Source: Candidatus Baldrarchaeum yapensis
Lineage (GTDB): Archaea > Asgardarchaeota > Baldrarchaeia > Baldrarchaeales > Baldrarchaeaceae
Direction: 5' to 3'
NCBI GenBank assembly: GCA_016840465.1
Contig: JAEOSH010000015.1
Coordinates: 1 to 32,000 of the forward strand
Length of the DNA stretch: 32,000 bases
Shown here: positions 9,936 through 19,167 of the stretch, one piece after another
Layout: every line of letters starts with the position of its first letter
How positions within the stretch are numbered: position 1 is the first letter of the stretch
Translations under genes and position numbers: made by a program
Notes under the pieces: model-generated
Told to the model about the DNA's origin: nothing
Databases searched by the model: none
Seen by the model: the letters and a program-made list of their open reading frames with translations, nothing else

Positions 9936-11034
9936 ACTGGAGCGGGTCCTCAGGCGCCTTGAGAGCTTAGAGTTCTACAATCAGGGGGCGCCTAGAAGGC
10001 TGCAGAGCGCTATGGGCAGAGGCAGGGTTCCCATTAGATTGAATGTTAACGAGAATCTGTTTGTACCGAGGGAAGTTACGATAGAAGTCGCAAGGAGAGC
10101 GGCCGAGAGTTTAGATCATAGGCTGTACCCTGATGGTATTGGGAAGCCCTTACTGGAGAAATTGGCTGGGTATTTGGGCGTGGATGAGGAAAATATAGTG
10201 CTGGGATGCGGGTGTGACCAGTTGGTGGATCTGTTGATCACAACGATTGGAAGGGGTGGCGTCTGTACCGTTCAACCGACCTACGCGTTTTATCGCGTGA
10301 GATGTGCACTTTATGGCGTCCCCTACAGGTATACTTTCTTCAGGGACGATTTGAGTGTTGACGTAGATCATCTGCTTGCCCTTCTCGGGTCATCGGATAT
10401 GCTCATCTTGTGTTCACCGAATAACCCGACCGGTCATAAGGTATCGAGAGAAGTGATAGAGGGCGTTGCCGAATCTTTCGACGGCGTAGTAGTGATAGAT
10501 GAGACGTACGCGGAATTTTCCGATGAGCAGTTACACAGGATGCCGCTAGACTTTGAGAATGTGATCGTGATGAGGACCTTCTCCAAGTCCTTTGCAGCGG
10601 CGGGCATAAGGCTGGGGTACCTTGTGGCGCCGGAGAGGATTGCCTCAGTGCTTCGGAGATTACAGATGCCGTACCCGGTTCCGGCCTTTTCTCTCAAGTA
10701 TGCGGAGATCCTCTTAGATATGGTTGATTATTTTAAAGCTGTGTGGGATGAGGTGAGGAGAGTGAGATCATGGTTTTATAACGTGCTAAGATCTGTCAGG
10801 GTCCCCAAGTTCAGAGTATTTGAGTCATATGCGAATTTTGTGTCGGTGGGAATCGACGTGGACGGTTCTTACATCATTGAAGAGCTTATGCAGAGGGGCT
10901 ATCTTGTCAGAGTGTTTCCCGACGTTCTGGGGCATAAGACCCTCGTGAGGATAACTCTAGCGCCCAAGGAAATCTTAGAGGGGTTCGTGGGTGCGTTTCT
11001 CGAGGTGTTAAGCAATGCTGTACGAGAGAATTAA
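9922..11034 (+). CDS. hisC: Histidinol-phosphate aminotransferase
   Basis: IRLNVNEN, LYPD, CSPNNPTG, IDETYAEF and the RTFSKSF...GIRLGY PLP motif. Confidence 0.93.
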   Translation: MRGGKLERVLRRLESLEFYNQGAPRRLQSAMGRGRVPIRLNVNENLFVPREVTIEVARRAAESLDHRLYPDGIGKPLLEKLAGYLGVDEENIVLGCGCDQLVDLLITTIGRGGVCTVQPTYAFYRVRCALYGVPYRYTFFRDDLSVDVDHLLALLGSSDMLILCSPNNPTGHKVSREVIEGVAESFDGVVVIDETYAEFSDEQLHRMPLDFENVIVMRTFSKSFAAAGIRLGYLVAPERIASVLRRLQMPYPVPAFSLKYAEILLDMVDYFKAVWDEVRRVRSWFYNVLRSVRVPKFRVFESYANFVSVGIDVDGSYIIEELMQRGYLVRVFPDVLGHKTLVRITLAPKEILEGFVGAFLEVLSNAVREN

Positions 11035-12136
11035 GACTCCCGCCGGAGTTGCATTTTACAGAGAGGACGTTATTGAGTCGCTTAGGAGTGTCGATGCGGT
11101 TGTAATGGATGTAGACGGCACGCTAGTAGACACCACAGAATCCCTCACAGAGGCGATAATCAGTACTGTGAATACTATCATGGGATGGCTTACTGGTATC
11201 CGTCTTACGGGTAAGGTTATCAGGAGGGCAATAAGCGAGTTGCGCGGCTCGGGTGGGTTTAATAATGACTGGGATACTACGTATACTATAATAATCGCCG
11301 CGTTGAGTGCGTTGAGCGAGAATTTATTGGAAGGTGCACTGGCCAGACTGAAGGAGGGCAAGCGTCCGGAAGCGAATGACAGGAACATAAATGAAGATGA
11401 GGATACTATTTCTTTCGAGGTTTTGAGAAGAATTGAGGATGCGGTGAAAGTTGCTGGTGGAGAGGGCATTATTGAGGTCGAGAAGAAGATATTGGACTCT
11501 TGTGGCGGTGTGAGAAAGAGAGGTCTTCTGATGAAAATAAGGGAGGCGTTAGGATATTCTTTTGATAGGCAAAGCAGTTTATTGGTTTCGATATTCGATG
11601 AAATTTACTGTGGGTCGAAGTTGTACTCGATTCTTTATAACAGAAGTCCTATACTCGGGAATGAGCCCGGCCTTATATTTACCGAGCGCGTAATAGTTGA
11701 TAAGCGTGTTTTGAGATTTCTCTTTGAGAGAGCCGATGGGAAGCTTGGAATAGTGAGCGGAAGGCCGAGATTGCAAGCAACACTCGTCTTAAAGGATTTG
11801 CTGACAACGTTCTTCGACGATCGAGCCGTATTGTTTTATGAAGATCTCATATTCTCCGATGATAATGGTAGGGCGAGAAAGGCCCTGAAACCGCATCCTT
11901 ATGGTCTCATAAGATGCCTAGAGGCGTTATCTCCGTTCGAATTGGCCGTTTATGTAGGGGATTCTGCCGAAGATGCCCTTCTTGTCGAGAATACTCGCAA
12001 GCTCTATAGGAATGTAATGTTCATTGGGGTATATGCTTATACTCTGGATCCTCCTAGTGCGATAAAGACTTTCATGAGGTTGGGGGCCGCGGCAATTCTT
12101 CCAACGGTGAACGAAATTGTGGAGGTGCTGAGGTGA
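11015..12136 (+). CDS. HAD-superfamily hydrolase, candidate histidinol-phosphate phosphatase
   Basis: Motif I DVDGT, motif II IVSGR, KPHP and motif IV YVGDSAED. Overlaps both hisC and hisB. Confidence 0.75.
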   Translation: MLYERIKTPAGVAFYREDVIESLRSVDAVVMDVDGTLVDTTESLTEAIISTVNTIMGWLTGIRLTGKVIRRAISELRGSGGFNNDWDTTYTIIIAALSALSENLLEGALARLKEGKRPEANDRNINEDEDTISFEVLRRIEDAVKVAGGEGIIEVEKKILDSCGGVRKRGLLMKIREALGYSFDRQSSLLVSIFDEIYCGSKLYSILYNRSPILGNEPGLIFTERVIVDKRVLRFLFERADGKLGIVSGRPRLQATLVLKDLLTTFFDDRAVLFYEDLIFSDDNGRARKALKPHPYGLIRCLEALSPFELAVYVGDSAEDALLVENTRKLYRNVMFIGVYAYTLDPPSAIKTFMRLGAAAILPTVNEIVEVLR

Positions 12137-12711
12137 GGATTGTGGAAGGATTCATTGAAGTGTCACGTGAGACTTTGGAGACAAGGGTCAGGGTGAGGGT
12201 GAGGCTTCGCGGAACGGGAAAGTTTGAGATAAGGACCACAATCCCGTTTCTTGATCATATGCTCAAGACCCTAGCGCTTCATAGCCTAATGGATCTGTAT
12301 ATCGATGCGGAGGGGGATCTGCACCACCATATTGCCGAGGATGTTGCCATAACCTTAGGGCAGGCGATAGGGAGGGCGCTGGGCAAAAGGGAGGGGTTAA
12401 GGAGGTTCGGCTATGCAAAGGTTCCCATGGATGAAAGTTTAGCGGAGGCGGCGGTGGATCTTATAAGTAGACCTTTCGCAGTCGTCAACTTGAACCTCTC
12501 GGCGGGGAGTATCGAGGGTTTTGATGCCAAGCTCTTAGTGCACTTCATTAGGAGTTTTGCATGTTCAATACCGGCAACGGTGCACGTGAACGTGATTTAC
12601 GGAGAGGATGACCACCACAAGGCGGAAGCCGCGTTTAAAGCGCTCGCCCTTGCCCTAAGGGATGCCTGGTCAAAGGTCAACTTTCCCACAACCGTGAAGG
12701 GGGTCTACTGA
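12133..12711 (+). CDS. hisB: Imidazoleglycerol-phosphate dehydratase (monofunctional)
   Basis: FLDHML, DLHHHIAED, VPMDES and DDHHKAEAAFKA signatures. Confidence 0.96.
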   Translation: MRIVEGFIEVSRETLETRVRVRVRLRGTGKFEIRTTIPFLDHMLKTLALHSLMDLYIDAEGDLHHHIAEDVAITLGQAIGRALGKREGLRRFGYAKVPMDESLAEAAVDLISRPFAVVNLNLSAGSIEGFDAKLLVHFIRSFACSIPATVHVNVIYGEDDHHKAEAAFKALALALRDAWSKVNFPTTVKGVY

Positions 12712-13310
12712 TGCGCATCTTCATTGTGAATACGGGAGTCGGCAACATCTTCAGTTTGAAAACGGCGTTTAAGAGGTTAGGACATAAAACCACCATAAGT
12801 TTGTCAGAGGAGGAGTTGAGGACCTCGGATGCCATCGTTATACCGGGGGTCGGCAATTTCGAGAGCGCGGTGAAAAGGATAGAACACATAAGGGTAGCTA
12901 TCATCGATGAGGTGCTTTCGGGGAAGCCTTTGTTGGGGATATGTCTCGGATATCAGTTATTGTTTGAGAGTAGTGAGGAGGGTCGCGGGAAAGGTCTTGG
13001 CATCTTCAGAGGCAGGGTTATGAGGCTTCCAAACACAGTAAGGGTGCCACATATGGGCTGGAACACGATAGAGAACTTAAGACCTAGTCCTTTGGTCGAT
13101 GGCATCCGGGATGAGAGTTTCGTGTATTTTGCACATTCTTACTACCCGGTCCCCCGCGAAAACATTACAATCGCGGAAACGACATACGGCGTCACGTTTC
13201 CGAGCATTGGCGGACGAGAACCCGTGTATGGGGTTCAATTCCACCCCGAGAGGTCCGGTAAAGTGGGTTTGCAGATACTCAGAAACTTCTGTGAGGTGGT
13301 CCACCGGTGA
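12711..13310 (+). CDS. hisH: Imidazole glycerol phosphate synthase, glutamine amidotransferase subunit
   Basis: GNIFS, IPGVGNF, LGICLG nucleophile, VPHMGWN and QFHPE triad. Confidence 0.96.
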   Translation: MRIFIVNTGVGNIFSLKTAFKRLGHKTTISLSEEELRTSDAIVIPGVGNFESAVKRIEHIRVAIIDEVLSGKPLLGICLGYQLLFESSEEGRGKGLGIFRGRVMRLPNTVRVPHMGWNTIENLRPSPLVDGIRDESFVYFAHSYYPVPRENITIAETTYGVTFPSIGGREPVYGVQFHPERSGKVGLQILRNFCEVVHR

Positions 13311-14050
13311 TGGTGATTCCCAGTATCGATTTGCTTGGTGGCCGCGTGGTGAGACTTGTTAAGGGTAGGGTGGAGAACGTCAAGGAGTACGGCAGGAATC
13401 CCTTAAAAATCGCGGAGGAATTTCTCGATGCGGGCGCTGAAATAATCCATGTGGTGGATTTGGATGCTGCCATGGAGAGGGGATCAAATACCAGGATAAT
13501 TTTGGAGATGGCGTCCGCGGGGGTTCCAATGCAGGTCGGCGGTGGAATAAGGTCGCTCGACCGCGCGCTTGAATTAATAGAGGGAGGGGTTAGGAGGGTG
13601 ATTCTGGGAACTGCTGCTATAAAGAGCCCAAACATGGTGGAAGAATTGCTTAATATGGTATCTGGGGACTGTGTAGCCGTGTCAATTGATTATTCGGGCT
13701 CTAGAACCATGATCAGAGGATGGATGGAGAGCGTGGGGCTTCCTCCGTTGGAAGTGGCGAGGCGCCTTGAGGAAATAGGCGTGAGGTGGTTCATTTTCAC
13801 CTCAGTTGACAGGGATGGAACGTTAATGGGACCGGACGTTAGTGGCATGATGCTCGTTAGGAAGACCATTAAGGGGAAGGTTATTGCCTCGGGCGGAATC
13901 TCATCGATTGGGCATATTCTTGATCTTAAGAGGATAGGGGTTGATGGCGTGGTACTCGGTAAAGCCATCTATGAGGGAATTATAGACCTGAGAGAGGCGA
14001 TAAGGGTGGTAACTCGTGCCGCTGGCGAAAAGGATAATTCCCTGTCTTGA
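13307..14050 (+). CDS. hisA: ProFAR isomerase
   Basis: [46 protein letters not shown] and IASGG. Confidence 0.95.
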   Translation: MMVIPSIDLLGGRVVRLVKGRVENVKEYGRNPLKIAEEFLDAGAEIIHVVDLDAAMERGSNTRIILEMASAGVPMQVGGGIRSLDRALELIEGGVRRVILGTAAIKSPNMVEELLNMVSGDCVAVSIDYSGSRTMIRGWMESVGLPPLEVARRLEEIGVRWFIFTSVDRDGTLMGPDVSGMMLVRKTIKGKVIASGGISSIGHILDLKRIGVDGVVLGKAIYEGIIDLREAIRVVTRAAGEKDNSLS

Positions 14051-14822
14051 TGTGGACAAGGGACGGGTGGTAAAAGGGGTAAAATTTGTGAATTTGAGAG
14101 ATGCTGGGGACCCGGTGGAGCTTGCGTCATATTACAGCGAGGAGGGTGCGGACGAAATAGTATTTCTGGACATAACGGCATCCGTGGAAGGGAGGAAAAT
14201 CATGGTTGATGTTGTGAGGAGGGTTGCGGAAAACATAGATATACCCTTCACGGTCGGCGGGGGAATCAGAACTGTCGATAACGCGAGAGAGTTGCTGAGC
14301 AGTGGTGCGGACAAGGTTTCGATAAACACCCTTGCCATTAGAAGGCCGGAGGCGATCACCGAATTATCCCAGGAGTTTGGATCCCAGTGCGTCGTTGTGG
14401 CGATAGATGCGAAAAGGAACTTCGACACCTCGGCCCCTGTGCCCAAGGTAGTAATCAGGGAGGGCGATCAAGAGTTCTGGTTTGAGGCGTACATCTATGG
14501 TGGGAGGGTGCCCACCGGGATAGATGCAATACTCTGGGCTAAAAGAGCGGAAGAGTTGGGTGCGGGCGAGATCTTATTAACATCTATCGACAGGGATGGA
14601 ACTGGACTCGGTTATGACATTACCCTCTTGAGGGCGGTTGTGGGCGCGGTGAACATACCGGTCATTGCGAGCGGGGGTGCAGGGAGGCCTGAGCACCTAC
14701 TTGAGGCTTTCAAAGCGGGGGCTGATGCTGCTCTTGCTGCGAGTATATTCCATTATAGGAGGTATAGCATCCGCGACGTTAAGATGTATCTCAGGAGGGC
14801 GGGGGTGGTGGTTAGACTATGA
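14016..14822 (+). CDS. hisF: Imidazole glycerol phosphate synthase cyclase subunit
   Basis: [44 protein letters not shown] and AALAASIFH. Confidence 0.97.
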   Translation: MPLAKRIIPCLDVDKGRVVKGVKFVNLRDAGDPVELASYYSEEGADEIVFLDITASVEGRKIMVDVVRRVAENIDIPFTVGGGIRTVDNARELLSSGADKVSINTLAIRRPEAITELSQEFGSQCVVVAIDAKRNFDTSAPVPKVVIREGDQEFWFEAYIYGGRVPTGIDAILWAKRAEELGAGEILLTSIDRDGTGLGYDITLLRAVVGAVNIPVIASGGAGRPEHLLEAFKAGADAALAASIFHYRRYSIRDVKMYLRRAGVVVRL

Positions 14823-15166
14823 GGAAGTTGAAGGTCGTTGGTGTGGATGAAATAGATTTTGAGAAGGGAGGTGGGCTCGTACCAGTCGTTGTACAGGATG
14901 TAAAGACAGGTGAGGTTCTGATGCTCGCTTATATGAACAGGGAGGCTCTTAAAAGAACTCTGGAGACGGGGCTTGCTCATTATTATAGCAGAAGTAGAAA
15001 AAGACTGTGGATGAAGGGAGAAACTAGCGGAAACATACAAAAGGTAAAGGAAATACTGGTGGACTGCGACAACGACGCCATACTTCTCAAGGTGGAGCAG
15101 GTGGGCGTTGCGTGCCACACTGGCGAGTATTCATGCTTTCATAAGGCGCTCAAATTGAGAGGCTAG
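14819..15166 (+). CDS. hisI: Phosphoribosyl-AMP cyclohydrolase (monofunctional)
   Basis: [27 protein letters not shown] and [10 protein letters not shown]. No HisE domain is attached. Confidence 0.96.
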   Translation: MRKLKVVGVDEIDFEKGGGLVPVVVQDVKTGEVLMLAYMNREALKRTLETGLAHYYSRSRKRLWMKGETSGNIQKVKEILVDCDNDAILLKVEQVGVACHTGEYSCFHKALKLRG

Positions 15167-15278
15167 ACACACATTTTCCCATGTAATACGAATTTATTTT
15201 TGTCTATTCGATTCTTTCACGGCTACTTCTTTTAAGACGATTTTGTCACCATTATGGCATTGTATCATTTTAGAAATG

Positions 15279-15295
15279 TTTAACAAAATGTTAAA
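15279..15295. promoter_or_regulatory. Inverted repeat TTTAACA-AAA-TGTTAAA upstream of the AbiE-like pair (putative operator)
   Basis: Perfect 7-bp arms with a 3-nt spacer, about 20-35 nt upstream of the likely ATG (15313/15319), overlapping a TATA-like TTTAA. Confidence 0.5.
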
Positions 15296-15312
15296 TGTTC
15301 ATAAGATTGGTG

Positions 15313-15918
15313 ATGCCAATGTTGTCAAAGGGAGTTATGAGAGTACTGGAGGTTTTGGTGGAGGAGGGCAGGCCTCTTAGGAAGGTTGAAATTGCGAAAA
15401 AGGCAGGAATCACGCCGGCTGCGGTTACGAAAATTATAAGAAAGTTGCGTGAGTTCGGGATTGTCAGGAGGGATAACGGTGCGTATTCTTTGAACGAAGT
15501 GAACCCCCTCGCATCGGTTCTGCGGGATTGGATCGTGGCTATGAAAATGCCGGTGGTGGAGGTGTTTCGGATCCTAGACAGGGCGGTCTTTAAGTATGGG
15601 TGCTATGCGGGGAAGTCTGCACTTCTAGTTTTCCAGAAATACCTAAAATCGGGTGTGCGATACGAGGGAGAAATAGAGGTGCTCGTGCGTAGGGACAGAA
15701 TTGAAGACTTCTTGAGAGAAACAAAGATTCCGAGGTTGAGACTGACATTGAGGGTGATTCCATGCGACCCCTCCGATATTTCCGATTCTGTTGAGGAGGT
15801 AGGAGTGAGTGGGGAACTCACAAAGGTAATTCCCCCGTGGAGGCTTGTGGAGGAACTCAAAAGACACGGCATCATTACAATAGCGGAAGAACTGGAGGAA
15901 GTTTTTCTTGCACGATGA
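15313..15918 (+). CDS. wHTH antitoxin, AbiEi-like (type IV TA)
   Basis: N-terminal wHTH (LRKVEIAKKAGITPAAVTKIIRKLREFGIV) plus a C-terminal domain (YAGKSALL...EIEVLV). Overlaps the downstream nucleotidyltransferase. Confidence 0.7.
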   Translation: MPMLSKGVMRVLEVLVEEGRPLRKVEIAKKAGITPAAVTKIIRKLREFGIVRRDNGAYSLNEVNPLASVLRDWIVAMKMPVVEVFRILDRAVFKYGCYAGKSALLVFQKYLKSGVRYEGEIEVLVRRDRIEDFLRETKIPRLRLTLRVIPCDPSDISDSVEEVGVSGELTKVIPPWRLVEELKRHGIITIAEELEEVFLAR

Positions 15919-17092
15919 TCTTAGGTCCGAGATTGAAAGGTTTCTCGAGTGGCTGAAGGGAGATAGGACAGAAGAGGAGGAAAGTGATTACGCCAAGGCT
16001 ATCGCACTAAAAATACTGAACACGGCCGCCCGAGGGCAGATGTCTCTATCGGGAGGAACCGGGCTGTACTATTTCCTAATACCCGAAGAATGGAGATTTT
16101 CAAGAGATCTGGACTTTGAGGTCGACAAGCGCCGAGTTAGGAGCGTCAGGAATTTTGCAGAGAGTATTGTGACATCCGCGAATGACGTTCTGAAGCGGCT
16201 AAGCTTGTATAGAGAAATAGTTATAGGTGACGCCACCATTACAGTACTGGGCTTTGTTCTCAAGGAAAGCAGAGGAATAACTGCCAGAATGGCATTTCAA
16301 TTCCCAAGTCCACGGGGTAGAGATTTATCGACGTTTGTTCCTCGGTCGGAGAGAAAGAGGCCCGATCTTGCGGGGGCGCTGATTACGCTCAAAAGAGAGG
16401 TTGGAAGAATAAAGGAAATCGAAGTATCCATTACATCTACAACAATTATAAGAAGTGAAGAGGTGGAGAGCAAAAAATTGCCCCTTTCCGTAAGAGTTTT
16501 GTGCAACAGCCTTGAGGATCATCTCTTTAACAAATTAATGGCCGTATATCGTGGTGCCGTCATAGAGGGAATAATCAGGGAGGAGGAAAAGGTTCCCTTG
16601 GGGGCAAGTGGTAGGAGGAGAGTGCATGGCAGAGACATATATGACCTCTACGCAATTCTTAGAAGAGGACAATTGAACCCACAAGCCGTGAGAGCAAAAT
16701 GCTGGCGTGAGGGTGTCTCCTATCCTCACCTATTGTTATCAGTAGTATGGGCGTTGGAGAGAATAAAGATGCGTCATGATCTTTTAAGGGACGTTGAGTG
16801 GAGAGTGCCTCCCGAACGCCGTCCGACCGACCTATCCTCAATGTGTGATTACATTGCCAATAGGTTGCGTCTCCTCCTCCCTCTAAGATTCTACATATTA
16901 TCAAAATATGCAGTTACAACAGGGGAGCTTCTCACCCTGGCGCCCAAATCAACTGTATACTACACCCTAGCGAGATTGAAAAAAGAGGGGCTGCTGGAGG
17001 AAGTTGTAGATGAAAGGGATGAACGTAGGAGGATCTGGATTGTAAAGTTCCGTCCGTATCCTGAAAAACGGCATTCTGAGATTGATGCTTGA
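15908..17092 (+). CDS. AbiEii/AbiGii-family nucleotidyltransferase toxin with C-terminal wHTH extension
   Basis: LSGGTGL...RFSRDLDF and RDIYDL motifs of the DUF1814/AbiEii family. The C-terminus PKSTVYYTLARLKKEGLLEEVVDERDERRR is MarR-like. Confidence 0.8.
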   Translation: MHDDLRSEIERFLEWLKGDRTEEEESDYAKAIALKILNTAARGQMSLSGGTGLYYFLIPEEWRFSRDLDFEVDKRRVRSVRNFAESIVTSANDVLKRLSLYREIVIGDATITVLGFVLKESRGITARMAFQFPSPRGRDLSTFVPRSERKRPDLAGALITLKREVGRIKEIEVSITSTTIIRSEEVESKKLPLSVRVLCNSLEDHLFNKLMAVYRGAVIEGIIREEEKVPLGASGRRRVHGRDIYDLYAILRRGQLNPQAVRAKCWREGVSYPHLLLSVVWALERIKMRHDLLRDVEWRVPPERRPTDLSSMCDYIANRLRLLLPLRFYILSKYAVTTGELLTLAPKSTVYYTLARLKKEGLLEEVVDERDERRRIWIVKFRPYPEKRHSEIDA

Positions 17093-17275
17093 TGAGAAGT
17101 ATTTGTAATCGCCAATGCCATTATCAAGCACTCTTAGCAGGAACAACTTGCTTTTTTCGTTGAAAACCGATTATAAACGGCAAACAGCCATTGCCTCGGC
17201 ATCTTTAAATAAAGGATGAGGTATCGCTATCATTTAGTCACGTTCCTATGACTGCTTCTGAGAGGAGAAAAGAGA

Positions 17276-17758
17276 ATGAGTGCAAGGTATTGCCCGTACT
17301 GTGGATCCGTGTTGCCGCCGGGGGCAGCGTTCTGTCCGGTTTGTGGGGCTAATATCGCTCCACCTGAGGCAGTTCCTCCCGTTCCTTATGCTCGACCAAC
17401 TCAGCAACCCAGCCCAGTTGCTCCCTCACCACCTCCATCACCTACTATTATGATCGACACAAAGAGCCCTGAACTTGCTGCCATCCTGTCACTGATAATT
17501 GCGGGTCTCGGACAAATATATGTTGGGAGAATCCTCAGGGGCCTCATTATAATGTTTGTCCTGGTGCCATTGTTATGGGGGTCGATAGTACTAGGTGCAT
17601 TTATGCTGATATTCGCTTTTTGCGTTGCCAGATTTATATTCTCGGTGGTATTCGCTCTGATCACCTTTGTTGTATGGATATGGCAAATAATCGACGCCTA
17701 TGAGCTTGCCAAGCAATATAATAGTATTCTGATGGCCACTGGGCGGCCACCATGGTAA
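17276..17758 (+). CDS. Zinc-ribbon / Pro-rich / TM2-domain membrane protein
   Basis: CPYCG...CPVCG, a Pro-rich linker, then KSPELAAILSLIIAGLGQIYVG (TM2-like) and hydrophobic helices. Confidence 0.8.
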   Translation: MSARYCPYCGSVLPPGAAFCPVCGANIAPPEAVPPVPYARPTQQPSPVAPSPPPSPTIMIDTKSPELAAILSLIIAGLGQIYVGRILRGLIIMFVLVPLLWGSIVLGAFMLIFAFCVARFIFSVVFALITFVVWIWQIIDAYELAKQYNSILMATGRPPW

Positions 17759-17814
17759 AATCGAGTTGAGGACAGAGATTGAAATTTGCAGAGCGAAATC
17801 TCCGGTGGTGAGAA

Positions 17815-18462
17815 TTGCCTTTCGTAATTGTCCTGCTATATTGGACGATTGTGGTAATACTTCTATGGGCGTTCACCGTTCAGGTGGTTCTCAGAATAAT
17901 CCGGCGATATGTCCACTTTCCGATGCCTGCATTCTTTAACCGCCTGATTGATAACCCTCTGAGAAGGAGAATACAGTCCCCACGAAAGATAATCGATTGG
18001 ATGGGGCTGTCACCTAATACGGTAATCCTAGAGATTGGGGCAGGACCTGGAACCTTCACCATAGAAGCCGCCAGACGTATCGAAAATGAGAGGAGGGTCG
18101 TGGCTCTGGACGTACAACCCGCAATGATATCAGTGCTTGTCAAAAAACTAGAAAAAGAGAAGATGACGAATGTCGAGTCAATAATAGGATCCGCTCTCAG
18201 CCTACCATTTTTAGACGATTCTTTTGATGGAAGCTTCATGATTACGGTCTTAGGGGAGCTCCCAGATAAGAGTGAGGCATTACTGGAAGTGAGGAGGGTT
18301 TTAAGAGGGGAAGGAGAACTTGCAATAGGAGAGCTTTTATTTGATCCCGATTACCCGCGGAAAAAGACAATATTGCGGCTGTGTAAAGATGCGGGATTCG
18401 AACTTATCAGTGAGTACGGTCGATTTCTGCATTATCTGCTCGTATTTCGAAAGCCCGCATAG
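17815..18462 (+). CDS. Class I SAM-dependent methyltransferase (UbiE-like) with N-terminal hydrophobic segment
   Basis: ILEIGAGPG motif I, VALDVQ, GSALSLPF...SFD and VLGELPD...EVRRVL. Confidence 0.85.
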   Translation: MPFVIVLLYWTIVVILLWAFTVQVVLRIIRRYVHFPMPAFFNRLIDNPLRRRIQSPRKIIDWMGLSPNTVILEIGAGPGTFTIEAARRIENERRVVALDVQPAMISVLVKKLEKEKMTNVESIIGSALSLPFLDDSFDGSFMITVLGELPDKSEALLEVRRVLRGEGELAIGELLFDPDYPRKKTILRLCKDAGFELISEYGRFLHYLLVFRKPA

Positions 18463-18474
18463 GAGGGAAAAGCT

Positions 18475-19167
18475 ATGCCCATTTCCTTAGAAGAGGCCAA
18501 AAGGATAAACCCGGACCTCAACCCTAAGTTGTTCCTTCCGGATCCTAGGGACGTTCTGAGAGCATTGGACGAGACTCCGGTCAAGGAGTGGCTTGAGTTC
18601 ATAGCGGAAGAACACGTTCCTCCCGTTGAAAATGCACGATTGGTTTTCGTCCCGTGTGCAGCCAAGAAGCCTTATGATCCTCCTAGAAATATCTTACATA
18701 GGAAGTTAATAGAACTGGAAAAGGAGCATCCTGACCTGTATTTTGTCGCAGTATCGGAGCCCCTCGCCCTCGAGCCCCGCGAATACTGGAATTTCAAGTG
18801 GCGCGGTTACAATCTGATATATGATGCACCGTTCTTCCCGTGGATCGAAAGATACGGCTACAAGTGGGATGAGAAGATAGCGGAGGAGGTCTGGCGGAAG
18901 CTCTCACTCGTGGCGGAGAAGTGGTACCGCAGGAATCGCCATCTTTTCAGAGTGGTGATATGTTACGCCGCACCCGGATCCTCATATAGAAGAATCCTGA
19001 GCAAAGTAAAAGCCGACTACTACATCCCCGATAAGGAACCATCGGTCGAGATTTCGTACGAAGAAAACGTAGAACGAATATACACGCACCCCTACTCCTG
19101 GTCGCAACTACTCAGAGTATTAGAGATCACGAAGAGAAATGCGCCTAACTCAGTACCTTCTCCTTAA
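18475..19167 (+). CDS. Stand-alone DUF5591/ArcS-like domain protein
   Basis: LVFVPCAAKKPY...H resembles the ArcS PCx3KPY motif, followed by AVSEPLALEPRE and YDAP. No TGT barrel or PUA domain is present. Confidence 0.6.
   Translation: MPISLEEAKRINPDLNPKLFLPDPRDVLRALDETPVKEWLEFIAEEHVPPVENARLVFVPCAAKKPYDPPRNILHRKLIELEKEHPDLYFVAVSEPLALEPREYWNFKWRGYNLIYDAPFFPWIERYGYKWDEKIAEEVWRKLSLVAEKWYRRNRHLFRVVICYAAPGSSYRRILSKVKADYYIPDKEPSVEISYEENVERIYTHPYSWSQLLRVLEITKRNAPNSVPSP

Noticed and set aside
18385-18410. GTTCGAATCCCGC on the minus strand, resembling a tRNA T-arm
   Set aside because: The T-stem cannot pair, there is no cloverleaf, and it lies inside the methyltransferase coding sequence (AGFEL).
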